A stretch of DNA of 64,000 bases from Eledone cirrhosa (taxonomy: Eukaryota), in NCBI GenBank assembly GCA_964016885.1, contig OZ024762.1:9610001-9674000 (forward strand), written 5' to 3'. Positions 25,770 through 39,028 of the stretch are shown here, in pieces (position 1 is the stretch's first letter; each line of letters starts with the position of its first letter). The notes below the pieces were generated by a model. That model had not been told where the DNA came from, searched no databases, and was given only the letters and a program-made list of their open reading frames with translations. A program made the translations under genes and the position numbers.

Positions 25770-25976
25770 ATATATATATATCAGTCTGGAACTAGCTGTT
25801 GAAATGGCAAGAGCTCAGCTGTCGGGTCTCAACTCTTTATAATATATATATATATTTGTGTGTGTATATATATCATCATCATCATCATCAGGTTTAGCGT
25901 CCGTGTTCCACGCTTGCATGGGTTTGGACGGGGGTTTTCCCACTTGAGGCAAGTGTATATATATATATACAAACGT

Positions 25977-26018
<42 letters not shown>

Positions 26019-26668
26019 ATATATATATTTATATGTATATGTATGTATATATGTGAGTGTATGTGTATATATATGTGTGTCTATATATATATATATATAT
26101 ATGTGTGTGGGTGTGTGTATATATGTGAGTGCGTGTGCATATATGTATATGTGTGTGTGTATATGTATATATGTGTGTGTGTATGTATATATATGTGTGT
26201 GTGTGTGTATTTAGAGAAATATAAGCATTTTGGTTTTACCGTTCAATCAGGGAGGGAAAGGGTAGTGTCAACAACCCTCTCTCGGGGCCCCTAAAGGCCG
26301 TAGGGAGGTAGGTATCCTTAAATCAAAGACCGGAGCCCAAATGCTTTCCACAGAAGGGAGTCTGCTGCTAAATATGTATACATCTTTTACTCATCCATAA
26401 GGGTTAGCATCTGTTGGTCTTCAATCCATTCTCCATCTTCTAGTTGGAGTTGCAAGAGGGAGGGAGGGGATTTTACAGCCAGAGAGAGTCCTTTTCAGTC
26501 TTTTCATGAGAAATATGGTTAAAAAAAAAACAGGTTTACACGGAAGGAAGGAAAGCTTGAGAAATATGAAAGAGAGAGCCCCATTATTACTACTACTACT
26601 ACTACTACTACTAGTAGTAGTAGTAGTAGTAATAGTAGTAGTAGTACTGCTGCTACTACTACTACTAC

Positions 26669-26703
<35 letters not shown>

Positions 26704-27407
26704 CTACTACTACTACTACGACGACAAATGAATGATTTTGAATACTTCTTTTGGTCTCAGCTACATGTGGGAAGAGGAAGAAGATGGATGGATGGATGGC
26801 TGACTAGGTAGATAGACAGATCGATCGGTCGATAGGTAGACAATCAGTTAGATAGATAGATAGATAGATAGATAGATGGATAGATAGATAGATAGATAGA
26901 TAAGACAGACAGACAGACAGACAGATAGATAGACAAACAATAGATAGATAGATATAAAGAAAGAAGACAAACGATTTGTAAATCGACAATATGGTAAAAC
27001 AGACGATTGCTTTTATAAACAACTATAGTTATTGTGTCAACAGGTAGCCATTTGATTTAGTTGATGCTGTGGAGGAGAGTTGAGTTTTTTACCTCTGCTC
27101 TCTCTCTCTCTCTTATATATATATATATATATGTATATATGTGTGTGTGTGTGTGTGTATATATACATATATGCGTGTATATATATATATTTCAGATAAA
27201 GAATCTTGCTAAACAAATTCAGAAACGAAATCTATATATATATATATACATATATGTGTGAATGAAGTAATTCCATCGGAAAAGTCCAGGAAAAAAGAGT
27301 GCTCTATGTAGGCAACAGAGCTTAATTATTATTATTATTATGTAATAAACAACATAAGGCAATTATTCCATTTACATATATATACATATATACATATATA
27401 TATATAT

Positions 27408-27444
<37 letters not shown>

Positions 27445-27558
27445 TTTATTAAAATAACAGATTAAAGTTTAAGCAAAGAATCGCTGCTTTCACCCTTAAT
27501 GGGATCTTTTGGATTTTAATCTTCAAATTTATTATTATTACTATATATATATATATAT

Positions 27559-27627
<69 letters not shown>

Positions 27628-27731
27628 CATGTGTGTGTGTGTGTATACATTTAAAGAGCTCAGGATTTCCTCTCCTTTGAGCACATTATTTACAGGGAAT
27701 GGCGAGGGTCTATGGCTCCGTTAATTTATCG

Positions 27732-27848
<117 letters not shown>

Positions 27849-27943
27849 GAAATACCAATGATGGTTGGCAAATCACTGATGAGGGACTAATTTTATAATA
27901 TGTAACCCATGTGCAACCACGCAGTATTCCTCTTTCTTCCCAT

Positions 27944-28032
<89 letters not shown>

Positions 28033-28140
28033 AAAGAATAGAGGTGTAACACACAAGTTATTATATATTGGTAGCAAACAGCACGGACACTCTATCTCAA
28101 AATTATTTTTGAAAAGCATTTAGAAATGCGCAACCGGTAA

Positions 28141-28191
28141 AAACTTAAAAACTTAAAACCACAACTGAATACTAACCCATACAATCACTAA
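28141..28191 (+). pseudogene. Penelope GIY-YIG endonuclease extreme C-terminus relic
   Basis: KLKNLKPQLNTNPYNH*; LKPxLN is the usual terminal motif of PLE endonucleases; island flanked by (TA)n. Confidence 0.45.
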
Positions 28192-28260
28192 TACTCTTTT
28201 ATTCCTAATTAAACCATTTTTCAACTGTGAACAATTTGTCAGCATTTTCTATTCCGTTTA

Positions 28261-28299
<39 letters not shown>

Positions 28300-28398
28300 A
28301 TACTTTGGGAGGGTCATGTTGCCAAATAAGAAACACACGCACCAGTTGCTTTCACTTCAATTTATTATAATAAATTTATATATATATATATATATATA

Positions 28399-28485
28399 TA
28401 GGGTGCCCCCAAAAAATGTTTACATGTACAGGCAATATTTATTAGAATGCTGTTGAAATGTGTATACATTTTTGGGGACACCCTG
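28399..28485. mobile_element. ~85-bp Tc1/mariner-type mini-MITE
   Basis: AGGGTGCCCCCAAAAAATGT ... ACATTTTTGGGGACACCCTG|TA. Confidence 0.8.
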
Positions 28486-28556
28486 TATATATATTGAGTG
28501 CTCATTCAATTAACTTTTGTCTTTTATACATAACTATACGAAAAACACATACACTA

Positions 28557-28710
<154 letters not shown>

Positions 28711-28730
28711 ACATATATATATATATATGT

Positions 28731-28777
<47 letters not shown>

Positions 28778-28782
<5 letters not shown>

Positions 28783-28935
28783 ATAATAATAAATTTGAAG
28801 ACTAAAGTCCAAAGAGGGCTCGATAAGGATAAATATATATCAAATATATAAGAAGATTAAAGTTTAAGCAAAGAATCGCTGCTTTCACCCTTAACGGGAT
28901 CTTCTTTGCTTAAACTTTAATCTTTTATTTTAATA

Positions 28936-28937
<2 letters not shown>
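28778..28937. mobile_element. Rearranged copy of the 1233-1575 element with a 23-bp perfect inverted repeat
   Basis: Arms 28853-28875 and 28902-28924; both sides in (TA)n. Confidence 0.75.
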
Positions 28938-28980
<43 letters not shown>

Positions 28981-29459
28981 AAAAACACCATGTGTGTACT
29001 GAAAAATAATCTGAAAGAGACAGTGTGTGGGTGTTTGTGGGTGTGTGTGGGTGTTCGGAGATGTCAATAAGTTTAGATGTGCGAGATGTGTTACAAGATA
29101 AATGAAGCTTCTCACTAAATATAGAATTTATTGTAGTAATTATTGTCGTGAAACCATGTAAAAATAGATGGTTTTATAGAAATTCAGATATCATTATATA
29201 AATTGAAACAACCAGTATACAGGCCTGTCAACTCTCCCCACCGTCTGACCACTTTAGGGTGTGTGAGAGATGTCTTTCTTCCCTTGTGAAAATGCATATA
29301 GCTTTCATTATATAAATCCCACCGAGGTTAACTTTGCCTTTCATCCATTCATTCATACACACGCACACAACAATGCACACTATATAAACATAGATATATA
29401 AATACATTTTTAGCTTCATTCATACATTTATTAGTTAGTTATTATTATTTTTTAACCAG

Positions 29460-29990
29460 TACGATCTGAGTTCAAATCCCGCCGAGGTTGACTTTGCCTT
29501 TCATCCTTACGGGGTCGATAAAAGAAAGTACCAGTAATGCACTGGGTAATTGCTGGCCTTGTGCCTAAAGTAGAAACAATTATTTTTTAACCAGTAATGT
29601 ACTGGGTAATTGCTGGCCTTGTGCCAAAAGTAGAAACAATTATTTTTTAACTTTGCCTTTCATCCTTACGCAGTCGATAAAATAAAGTACCAGTAATACA
29701 CTGGTACAAAAGTAGAAACAATTATTTTTTAACTTTGCCTTTCATTCTTACGGAGTCGATAAAATAAAGTACCAGTAATACACTGGTACAAAAGTAGAAA
29801 CAATTATTTTTTAACTTTGCCTTTCATCCTTACGGAGTCGATAAAATAAAGTACCAGTAATACACTGGTACAAAAGTAGAAACAATTATTTTTTAACTTT
29901 GCCTTTCATTCTTACGGAGTCGATAAAATAAAGTACCAGTAATACACTGGTACAAAAGTAGAAACAATTATTTTTTAGAAACAATTATTT
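29460..29990 (+). repeat. SINE followed by an 82-bp tandem array (4 copies, 29649-29976) of its own 3' half
   Basis: AACTTTGCCTTTCATYCTTACGGAGTCGATAAAATAAAGTACCAGTAATACACTGGTACAAAAGTAGAAACAATTATTTTTT repeated. Confidence 0.93.
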
Positions 29991-30423
29991 TTATTAATAT
30001 CTATTTCCCTTTAGGGTCTGAGTTCAAATCCCATACCTACAGCCAGTAGGTACCTCTTAACCAAATATACACCCCAACCTATTACCCCTACTCCATCCTC
30101 CCACTCCCATCTAAACCACCCTTTCTTTGTAAACTTATGTTGGTACCACAACATCCAGTCCAAACTAATGAGGTCGTGTAGGTGTCACGACAAAAAAAAA
30201 CCCCAAAAACCCCAAAAAAACACAGTCCACGCTGTAATGTGGTCGTGTAGGTAACACAGTAAAAGGCTCCCAGTCCACACTGTAAATGTGATTGGTGTTA
30301 GGAAGGGCATCCAGCCATAGAAAACCTGTGAGACACAGTTACCCAACCAATCTTGCCTCAAATGGGGCAATTCCCATCTAACCCATGCTAGCGTGGAAGA
30401 TAGCCGTTAAACGATGATGATGA

Positions 30424-30459
<36 letters not shown>

Positions 30460-30646
30460 CGTGGATTGGCAGTATCAGTAGAGGGTCGGACGCCATGCTT
30501 TCCAGCATAGTTACGTCCCTTTACGATCTGAGTTCAAATCCCGCCGAGGTTAACTTTGCCTTTCATCCTTACGGGGTCGATAAAATAAAGTACCAGTAAT
30601 GCACTGGGTAATTTGCTGGCCTTGTGCCTAAAAGTAGAAACAATTA
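30460..30646 (+). mobile_element. OK-like SINE
   Basis: Near-identical to 11957-12140. Confidence 0.9.
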
Positions 30647-30751
30647 TATATATATATACACACCACTGTTATATGTAACACATGCATGCATCATCAGTAT
30701 GTCTGTTCCAGTTGAATAAACAGACAGCTTGTCTACTTTGACATTTAACAG

Positions 30752-30925
30752 GACAAGGTTTTGGCAGTGGGAACTCTAGCTACGCTCAACCCCTGCCCCG
30801 CAAACTGTAGGCTGGTGGGGGCAGGGCAAACACTAATGGTTGGGGCTAGTAGGAATTATGGTCTGATGACAGGCAACAACCAAAATACTACATTGATTTC
30901 ACAGTTCAATAAAGACATCCACTGA
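30752..30925 (+). CDS. Candidate terminal exon in a unique-sequence island (frame and strand unresolved)
   Basis: TTTAACAG| acceptor; phase 1 gives (G)QGFGSGNSSYAQPLPRKL* (stop 30810) with AATAAA at 30908; phase 0 is open for 57 codons (DKVLAVGTLATLNPCPANCRLVGAGQTLMVGASRNYG...). Confidence 0.25.
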   Translation, partial: DKVLAVGTLATLNPCPANCRLVGAGQTLMVGASRNYGLMTGNNQNTTLISQFNKDIH

Positions 30926-31020
30926 TCTGAAACTTTCACTGACAACCCAAAGAAAATTATTGTTGCACTGACTATTTTTATAAATGTTAGCGACAATATA
31001 TATGTGCGCGTGTGTGTATG

Positions 31021-31075
<55 letters not shown>

Positions 31076-31165
31076 TATGTATATATATATATACATATAT
31101 ATATAAAAGCAAAAATAAATGGAGAAGGCAATACATTTAATATATACATATATATATATATTATG

Positions 31166-31210
<45 letters not shown>

Positions 31211-31245
31211 TTGCGTGTGTGTGAGTATGTGTGTATGAATATATA

Positions 31246-31322
31246 CAGAGTGTCCCAACAAAATATATACACACTTGAACAGCATTCTAATAAATATGTG
31301 TATACATTTTTGGGACACCCTG
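31246..31322. mobile_element. ~77-bp Tc1/mariner-type mini-MITE (same family as 28399-28485, opposite orientation)
   Basis: TA|CAGAGTGTCCCAACAAAAT...ACATTTTTGGGACACCCTG|TA; internal AACAGCATTCTAATAAATA is the reverse complement of the other copy. Confidence 0.85.
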
Positions 31323-31358
31323 TACATGTATGTGAATGTATATGTGTGTATATATCAT

Positions 31359-31398
<40 letters not shown>

Positions 31399-31506
31399 AT
31401 GATATATCCCTGAATCAATAAAGATATTGCGTGATCTGAAATGCGTACTGGCAACCTGGGGAAAATAATTGTGCTTGGCTAGACAGATACAACAATACCA
31501 CCAAAT

Positions 31507-31538
<32 letters not shown>

Positions 31539-31984
31539 CCATTGACAATACCAAGCCATTTCCCCCGCCACCACCAACAACAGCAACAACAACACCACCA
31601 TCACCAACACTACCAAAAACACCACCAACAACAACACAAACGCCACCATCACCACCATCATCACCATCACTACCAAAAACACCAACAACACCAACAACAA
31701 CACCAACACCAACAAGAACAACACCATCACCACTAACAACAACCATCACGAACAACAATAACACCATCAACAACAACAACAACACCATCACCATCACCAT
31801 CACCACTAACAACAACCATCACCAACAACAATAACACCATCGCCACCAACAACACCATCACCACCACCACCACCACCAACAAATAATAATAAAAATAATA
31901 ACATATCTTTGGATCAATAAAGATAACGCATGCTCTGACTGTGAATTGGCAACAGAAAATATTTGTAGCGTAGATAGATGGTAG

Positions 31985-32830
31985 ACAGATGTGGTCAGCT
32001 ATATAAATATATCTCTCCCTCCAGATAGAAACAGTTGTTGGTCAGAAACCTACATAGACACAGATGTGGTCAGCTATATAAATATATCTCTCCCTCCAGA
32101 TATAAACCTACATAGAAACAGATGTGGTCAGCTATATAAATATATCTCTCCCTCCAGATAGAAACCTACATAGACACAGATGTGGTCAGCTATATAAATA
32201 TATATCTCCCTCCAGATAGAAACCTACATAGAAACAGATGTGGTCAGCTATATAAATATATCTCTTCCTCCAGATATAAACCTCGATAGAAACAGATGTG
32301 GTCAGCTATATAAATATATCTCTCCCTCCAGATAGAAACCTACATAGACACAGATGTGGTCAGCTATATAAATATATCTCTCTCTCCAGATATAAACAGT
32401 TGTTGGTCAGAAACCTACATAGACACAGATGAGGTCAGCTATATAAATATATCTCTCCCTCCAGATAGAAACAGTTGTTGGTCAGAAACCTACATAGACA
32501 CAGATGTGGTCAGCTATATAAATATATCTCTCCCTCCAGATAGAAACAGTTGTTGGTCAGAAACCTACATAGACACAGATGTGGTCAACTATATAAATAT
32601 ATCTCTCCCTCCAGATAGAAACAGTTGTTGGTCAGAAACCTACATAGACACAGATGAGGTCAGCTATATAAATATATCTCTCCCTCCAGATATAAACCTA
32701 CATAGACACAGATGTGGTCAGCTATATAAATATATCTCTTCCTCCAGATATAAACCTACATAGAAACAGATGTGGTCAGCTATATAAATATATCTCTCCC
32801 TCCAGATATAAACCTCAATAGTCATAGATG
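31985..32830. repeat. Minisatellite with 58-bp and 75-bp unit variants (~13 units)
   Basis: GATGTGGTCAGCTATATAAATATATCTCTCCCTCCAGATAGAAAC[AGTTGTTGGTCAGAAAC]CTACATAGACACA. Confidence 0.95.
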
Positions 32831-32839
32831 TAGTTAAAC

Positions 32840-33530
32840 CACAGCACCATCACTACCACCACAATCATCCTCACCATACCCCTACAACCATACTACCACC
32901 ACAAAAACAACAACAACCAGCACCACCATCACACCACAACGTTATCACCACCACTTGACCACTGTCACACCCAGACTACCACCACCACCACCACTACCAC
33001 CACCACCACTACCACAATAACAACAACAACCAGCACCACCATCACACCACAAAGTTATCACCACCACTTGACCACTGTCACACCCAGACTACCACCACCA
33101 CTACCACCACCACTACCACAATAACAACAACAACCAGCACCACCATCACACCACACCGTTATCACCACCACTTGACCACTGTCACACCCAGACTACCACC
33201 ACCACCACCACTACCACCACCACCACTACCACAATAACAACAACAACCAGCACCACCGTCACACCCATCCTACCACCACTCAACCTCCCACACAGCCATC
33301 ACCATCACACACCTACAACAACACTACTACCATCACACCACCACCACCACCACACCATCACCACCATCACCACCACATCACCACCACCACCATCACCACA
33401 CCACCACCACCACACTACTACCATCACACCACCATCACCACCACACCACCACCACTACACTACTACCATCACACCACCATCACCACCACACCACCACCAT
33501 CACCCCCCCCCCCCCACCACACCCCCACCA
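32840..33530. repeat. (CAC)n-rich array containing three ~105-110-bp higher-order copies
   Basis: GTTATCACCACCACTTGACCACTGTCACACCCAGACTACC x3. Confidence 0.9.
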
Positions 33531-34154
33531 CAGTAATCCCTCACCAAGGGTGGAGTTGGGTTAGAATGGTCAATGTCAACAGCCACACTCCTTGAGTAAA
33601 CTTAGATGGAATCACTTCAACTGGGAACAATATCTACACACACACACACAGCCACCAACAACACACACAGACACACACACCAACACATACACACACACAC
33701 CAACACACACAGACACACACACCAACACATACACACACCAACACACAGACACACACCAACACACACACACACACATACACACACCAAAACACACCAATAC
33801 ACCAACACACACAGACACACACCAACAGACACACACACACCAACACACACCAACACACACAGCCACCAACAACACACACAGACACACACACAAACACACA
33901 CACACCAACACCAACACATACACACACACACCAACACACACAGTCCACGCTGTAATGTGGCCGTGTAGGTAAGACGGTAAAAAGCTCCCAGTCCACACTG
34001 TAAATGTGGTTGGTGTTAGGAAGGGCATCCAGCCGTAGAAAGCCTGCCAGATAGTCCTATATGAACGAGACACGGTCACCCGACCAACCTTGCCTCAAGT
34101 GGCACAACTACCGTCTAACCCATGCTAGCATGGAAGATGGACGTTAGACGATGA

Positions 34155-34205
<51 letters not shown>

Positions 34206-34223
34206 TATATATATATATATATA

Positions 34224-34553
34224 AATAAAAGGAATTCCAACTTTGTCTGATTTACTCGTTTTATTTACAATACTTTAAAATTATAATGAAATAGTATGGT
34301 AGAATATTAAATGTTAAATGTTAATTGAACAAGTACTTTCATGCTTTCGCAATCTTCAGGTTCATATTCAGTGTTTTTGCAAACTTGACTGTCACCACAG
34401 AATATGAACCAGAAGATTGCAAAAGCATGAAATGATTTGTTCAATTAACATTTAACATTTAATATTCTGCCATACTATTTCATTATATCATTATAATTTT
34501 AAAGGATTGTAAATAAAACGAGTAAATCAGACAAAGTTGGAATTCCTTTTATT
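34224..34553. repeat. ~145-bp-arm inverted repeat (Penelope-like inverted pseudo-LTR pair)
   Basis: AATAAAAGGAATTCCAACTTTGTCTGATTTACTCG... vs ...CGAGTAAATCAGACAAAGTTGGAATTCCTTTTATT; ~30-nt spacer; (TA)n on both sides. Confidence 0.95.
34326..34364 (-). ncRNA. Minimal type I hammerhead ribozyme motif, intact core
   Basis: TGAAC-CTGAAGA-T-TGC-GAAA-GCA-T-GAAA-GTAC-TT-GTTCA: 5-bp stem I, GNRA-capped stem II, palindromic AGTACT stem III, CUU triplet; plus-strand partner 34405-34443 has the CAGAAGA core mutation. Confidence 0.8.
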
Positions 34554-34592
34554 AATATAATCTTCTATACATAATCATACACACCCGTGTAA

Positions 34593-34631
<39 letters not shown>

Positions 34632-34639
34632 ATAATAAT

Positions 34640-35025
34640 AATAATAAAAATATTGTGTACAGTGCTCAGGTGCACTACAACTCATCAAAAGTGTATGTAT
34701 AGTACATAGGGTAATGTACAAACATCAGGAAAATGAACAGTGCATGGGTCATGATATACACATGTGTGCATGTGTATGGAAGGGGGACATCAGGTGTAGT
34801 TTTGGCGAATTTCGGGAAGCATGAGGGTTTTAAAGGATGCGGTGTCTCGGCAGCTAACAACTGACGCAGGCAGTTTGTTCCATGCTTCAGCAACTCTAAG
34901 TGTGAACAAATGTTTCCGAAAGTCATGGCAGCTGTGCTGTTTCCTGACTTTGTAGGCATGTCTACGTGTGTTAGACACATGGAGATCAAAAATCTGGTCA
35001 GGGTTGTTGTTGGCGAGATGGTTAA
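34640..35025 (-). mobile_element. CR1-clade LINE 3' fragment
   Basis: SNTRRHAYKVRKQHSCHDFRKHLFTLRVAEAWNKLPASVVSCRDTASFK; (TTA)n tail. Confidence 0.92.
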
Positions 35026-35028
35026 TAA

Positions 35029-35270
35029 TTTAGTTATGTAATAAACAACATAAGATAATTATTTCATTTACCAAAGGTTTCACGAAGACAGACAAGCTTG
35101 GCACAATCTGATGATTGAAGGCAGACGTATGTGCCAAGCTCGTCTGTCTTCGCGAAACCTTTGGTAAATTAAATAATTATCTTATGTTGTTTTTTACATA
35201 ACTAAAAAGCTCTGTAGCCTACATAGAGCACTCTCCTTTCCTTTACCTTTCCTACGGAAATACTTCAATT
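35029..35270 (+). mobile_element. Penelope-like terminal repeat with inverted 5'-truncated arm and hammerhead core
   Basis: Arms 35029-35105 / 35130-35206; CTGATGA(35108)-TT-GAAGGCAGACG-loop-CGTCTGTCTTC-GC-GAAA-CC-TTT-GG-TA; fragments recur at 12835-12870, 22088-22150, 27270-27376. Confidence 0.8.
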
Positions 35271-35975
35271 ATATATATACTATTTTACTGTTTTACCTGT
35301 TCCAGCCATCCAGTTGAGGCCATGCTGCGGCACCGCCCTATATATTCTAAATGGGACAAACCCGTCTAACCCATGCTAGCGGGGAAGATGGACGTTAAAC
35401 AATGATGATATATATATATACATATACATACAGTCCAGAATTAGCCGTCGAAACGGCTTGAGCTCAGCTGTCGGGGTCTTACTGGTTCCTATTACCCACT
35501 CTACTACCTCAAGTATTGAGTACTTTGGTGCGTTATGGTCCACCTGGTTCCTTACCACATTTCCTTCGTTATACATATACATATATATATATTGTGTGTG
35601 TGTGTCAGTGTGTACGCCCATGAACAAGGCCAAGCTTCCAAAGAAACTTGGATAACTTTATCTCCCCCCTCTCTCTCTCTTTCTCTCTCTCTCTTATATA
35701 TATATATAGTAGTTACCATAGTATTTACTTATCTATCAATATATATATATATATACACACACACATACATACATCCACACACACTGTTTATATAGCCACT
35801 GTTCATATATGTCTGTGCGTCTCTTGCAACAAAAGGTAAAAACAAAATGGGGGTATTCATAATTTATTGACCTAATCCAATCTATTGTGTGTTCACAATG
35901 ACAAAGTAATGTTGATTTGACATTCACCGGAGCCTGCTGGCAGTGATGTTTCTTTGTCAACCTTGTATTTCACAG

Positions 35976-36002
35976 CCTCAATTCACAATTGAGCATAGCT
36001 TT
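35976..36002 (+). CDS. Candidate 27-nt microexon (PQFTIEHSF in phase 0)
   Basis: TTTCTTTGTCAACCTTGTATTTCACAG| 27 nt |GTGAGT inside a non-repetitive island (35820-36050). Confidence 0.3.
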
Positions 36003-36262
36003 GTGAGTCTTGGACATGTGCAGACTTTTGTTTTATTTCCAGCTGCATTCACCAGCAGTCGCCCATACATATCAGTCTCCCCTCTCCTCTCCAAGCCACT
36101 GATGTTGTCCAAGGAAAAGGCAATGGCCGATACAGCTTGGGTTAGATGATACTAGGATGGGCTAGACGATTTGTCCCATTGTATGTCAAGTCAGATGAGG
36201 TGACTGTGTTTTTGCTCACAGAGAACCATTTCTATGTGAGCAAGACATGGTAATCTGATATA

Positions 36263-36299
<37 letters not shown>

Positions 36300-36303
<4 letters not shown>

Positions 36304-37620
36304 CATCATCATCATCATCATTTAATGTCTATGTGGGAATTGTCCCACTTGAGGCTGTATCCTGCAGGTTTTCTACAGCTGGATGCCCTTCTTAACACCA
36401 ACCACATTTACAGTGTGGACAGAGACCCTTTTTACCGTGGTACCTACACGACCACTTTATAGTGTGGACTGGGTGATTTTTGTCGTGACACCTACACAAC
36501 CACTTTACAATGTGGACTGGGTGCTTTTTGTTGTGACACCTACACGACCACTTTACAATGTGGACTGGGTGCTTTTTGTCATGACACCTACACGACCACT
36601 TTACAATGTGGACTGGGTGTTTTTTTTGTCATGACACCTACACGACCACTTTTCAATGTGGACTGGGTACTTTTTTTGTCGTGACACCTACACGACCACT
36701 TTTCAATGTGGACTGGGTGTTTTTTTTGTCATGACACCTACACGACCACTTTTCAATGTGGACTGGGTGCTTTTTTTGTCGTGACACCTACACAACCACT
36801 TTACAATGTGGACTGGGTGCTTTTTGTTGTGACACTTACACGACCCCTTTACAATGTGGACTGGGTGCTTTTTGTCATGACACCTACACGACCACTTTTC
36901 AATGTGGACTGGGTGCTTTTTTTGTCATGACACCTACACGACCACTTTACAATGTGGACTGGGTGCTTTTTGTCATGACACCTACACGACCACTTTACAA
37001 TGTGGACTGGGTGCTTTTTGTTGTGACACTTACACGACCCCTTTACAATGTAGACTGGGTGCTTTTTTTGCCATGACACCTACACGACCACTTTACAATG
37101 TGGACTGGGTGCTTTTTGTTGTGACACTTACACGACCCCTTTACAATGTAGACTGGGTGCTTTTTTTGTCATGACACCTACACGACCACTTTTCAATGTG
37201 GACTGGGTGTTTTTTTTGTCGTGACACCTACACGACCACTTTTCAATGTGGACTGGGTGCTTTTTTTGTCGTGACACCTACACGACCACTTTACAATGTG
37301 GACTGGGTGTTTTTTTTGTCGTGACACCTACACGACCACTTTTCAATGTGGACTGGGTGTTTTTTTTGTCGTGACACCTACACGACCACTTTACAATGTG
37401 GACTGGGTGCTTTTTTTGTCGTGACACCTACACGACCACTTTTCAATGTGGACTGGGTGCTTTCTGTTGTGACACCTACATGACTACTTTACAATGTGGA
37501 CTGGGTGCTTTCTGTCGTGACACCTACATGACTACTTTAAAGTGGACTGGATGCTCTGTGGCACCGACATAACTTTACAGAGAAAGGGTGGTGTGGGTGA
37601 TAGTGGGGGGATGGAGTAGT
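36300..37620 (-). repeat. SINE carrying an internal 48-50-bp tandem expansion (~23 copies, 36414-37550)
   Basis: ACACCTACACGACCACTTTACAATGTGGACTGGGTGCTTTTTGTCGTG unit; flanks match the SINE at 42885-43200. Confidence 0.95.
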
Positions 37621-37894
37621 ATACCTAGATAGTATTACACTTTGTTTAGTACAACACTATTATACCTACTGGAAACTACACACCGAGTGCTCACTTTGGT
37701 GAACCTTCAGTAACTGGACATTACAATCACTAAACTAGCTGTACAATCATGGATCTAGCTGTTGAAACAGCTCTGGCCATATAGTCCAACCCTTGGTACA
37801 AGGAAAGCAGATGTTAAATGAAGAAGTTGATGATGATGAGGATATGTGTACATGTGTGTATATACATACATACATCTATCTATCTATATCTAAG

Positions 37895-38340
37895 GCAGGT
37901 AAAATTCCCGAGATCCATGGACGAGTTCTCTCCAGCGGTCTCTGTCCCTCATTATCGCTGCCATGTCCTGCGTCTCCAACAGACCAGTGTCTGTCCTTAG
38001 GGCATCAACATACGTTAACCTTGGTCTTCCTCTTCTAGTGTGTCCATGTAGGGACTCCCAAAGGAGCACTGAGTGCAATGTCAACTCTGGATGTCAGTGA
38101 GCATGTCCAGCTAACCTCAGTCGCCTCTGTGTCACTTTTGAGCTGACTTTTGGGATGCTCCCATACAGCTTTGAGTTTTTCATCTTCAGTGTATACTGAT
38201 TAATGTTCAGAGCCATCTTCAGCATTCTCGTGTAGCACCCATCCACCATCTGAGTGAGTTTCTTGGTCAGTGTCCAAGTCTCAGACCCATACAGCAGCAC
38301 AGACTCCACTACAGCAATGAAGAGGTGGATTTTCAGATCT
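37895..38340 (-). mobile_element. RTE-clade LINE 3' fragment (second subfamily)
   Basis: [35 protein letters not shown]...QRRLRLAGHA...RRGRPRLTYVDALRTDTGL; near-identical copy at 60448-60708. Confidence 0.93.
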
Positions 38341-38552
38341 CATGTACGTATGTATATATGTGTATATACAATGACTGATGGGAGAGGACTGTCCCAGTTT
38401 TTCTGTTGTCTTCGCCAATCTTGCTTTTTATTCATTTTGAATGACCTTAGCCACGCTGGACACTTTTTCATATTGATATATATCATCATCATCATTATAG
38501 ATTTCACATCTGTTTTTCCACGCATGTGTGTATGTGTGTATATATATATATA

Positions 38553-38622
<70 letters not shown>

Positions 38623-38973
38623 TATATATATATATATACATCTTTATATATATATATATACATCTTTATATGTATATATATACACATCTTTATATATATA
38701 TATATATATATACATCTTTATATGTATATATATATATACACATCTTTATATATATATATATATATATATATACATCTTTATATGTATATATATATATATA
38801 TATATGCACATCTTTTTATATATATATATATATATATACATCTTTTTATGTATATGTATATATATACAAAGATATATATACAAAGATGTGTATATATATA
38901 TATATACACATATAAAGATGTATATATATATATATATACACATCTTTGTATATATATCTATATATATACACAT

Positions 38974-39028
<55 letters not shown>

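Noticed and set aside
26391-26439. Minus-strand exon xDGEWIEDQQMLTLMDx
   Set aside because: Plausible splice sites (CTAG|, |GTAAAA) but no recognisable homology or compatible downstream exon; too weak to call
27870-27910. Hammerhead at CTGATGAGGGAC
   Set aside because: No downstream GAAA or stem III; at best a truncated relic
30862-30931. Box C/D snoRNA (TGATGA...CTGA)
   Set aside because: Box C lacks the leading purine, there is no clear terminal stem, and no rRNA guide was recognisable
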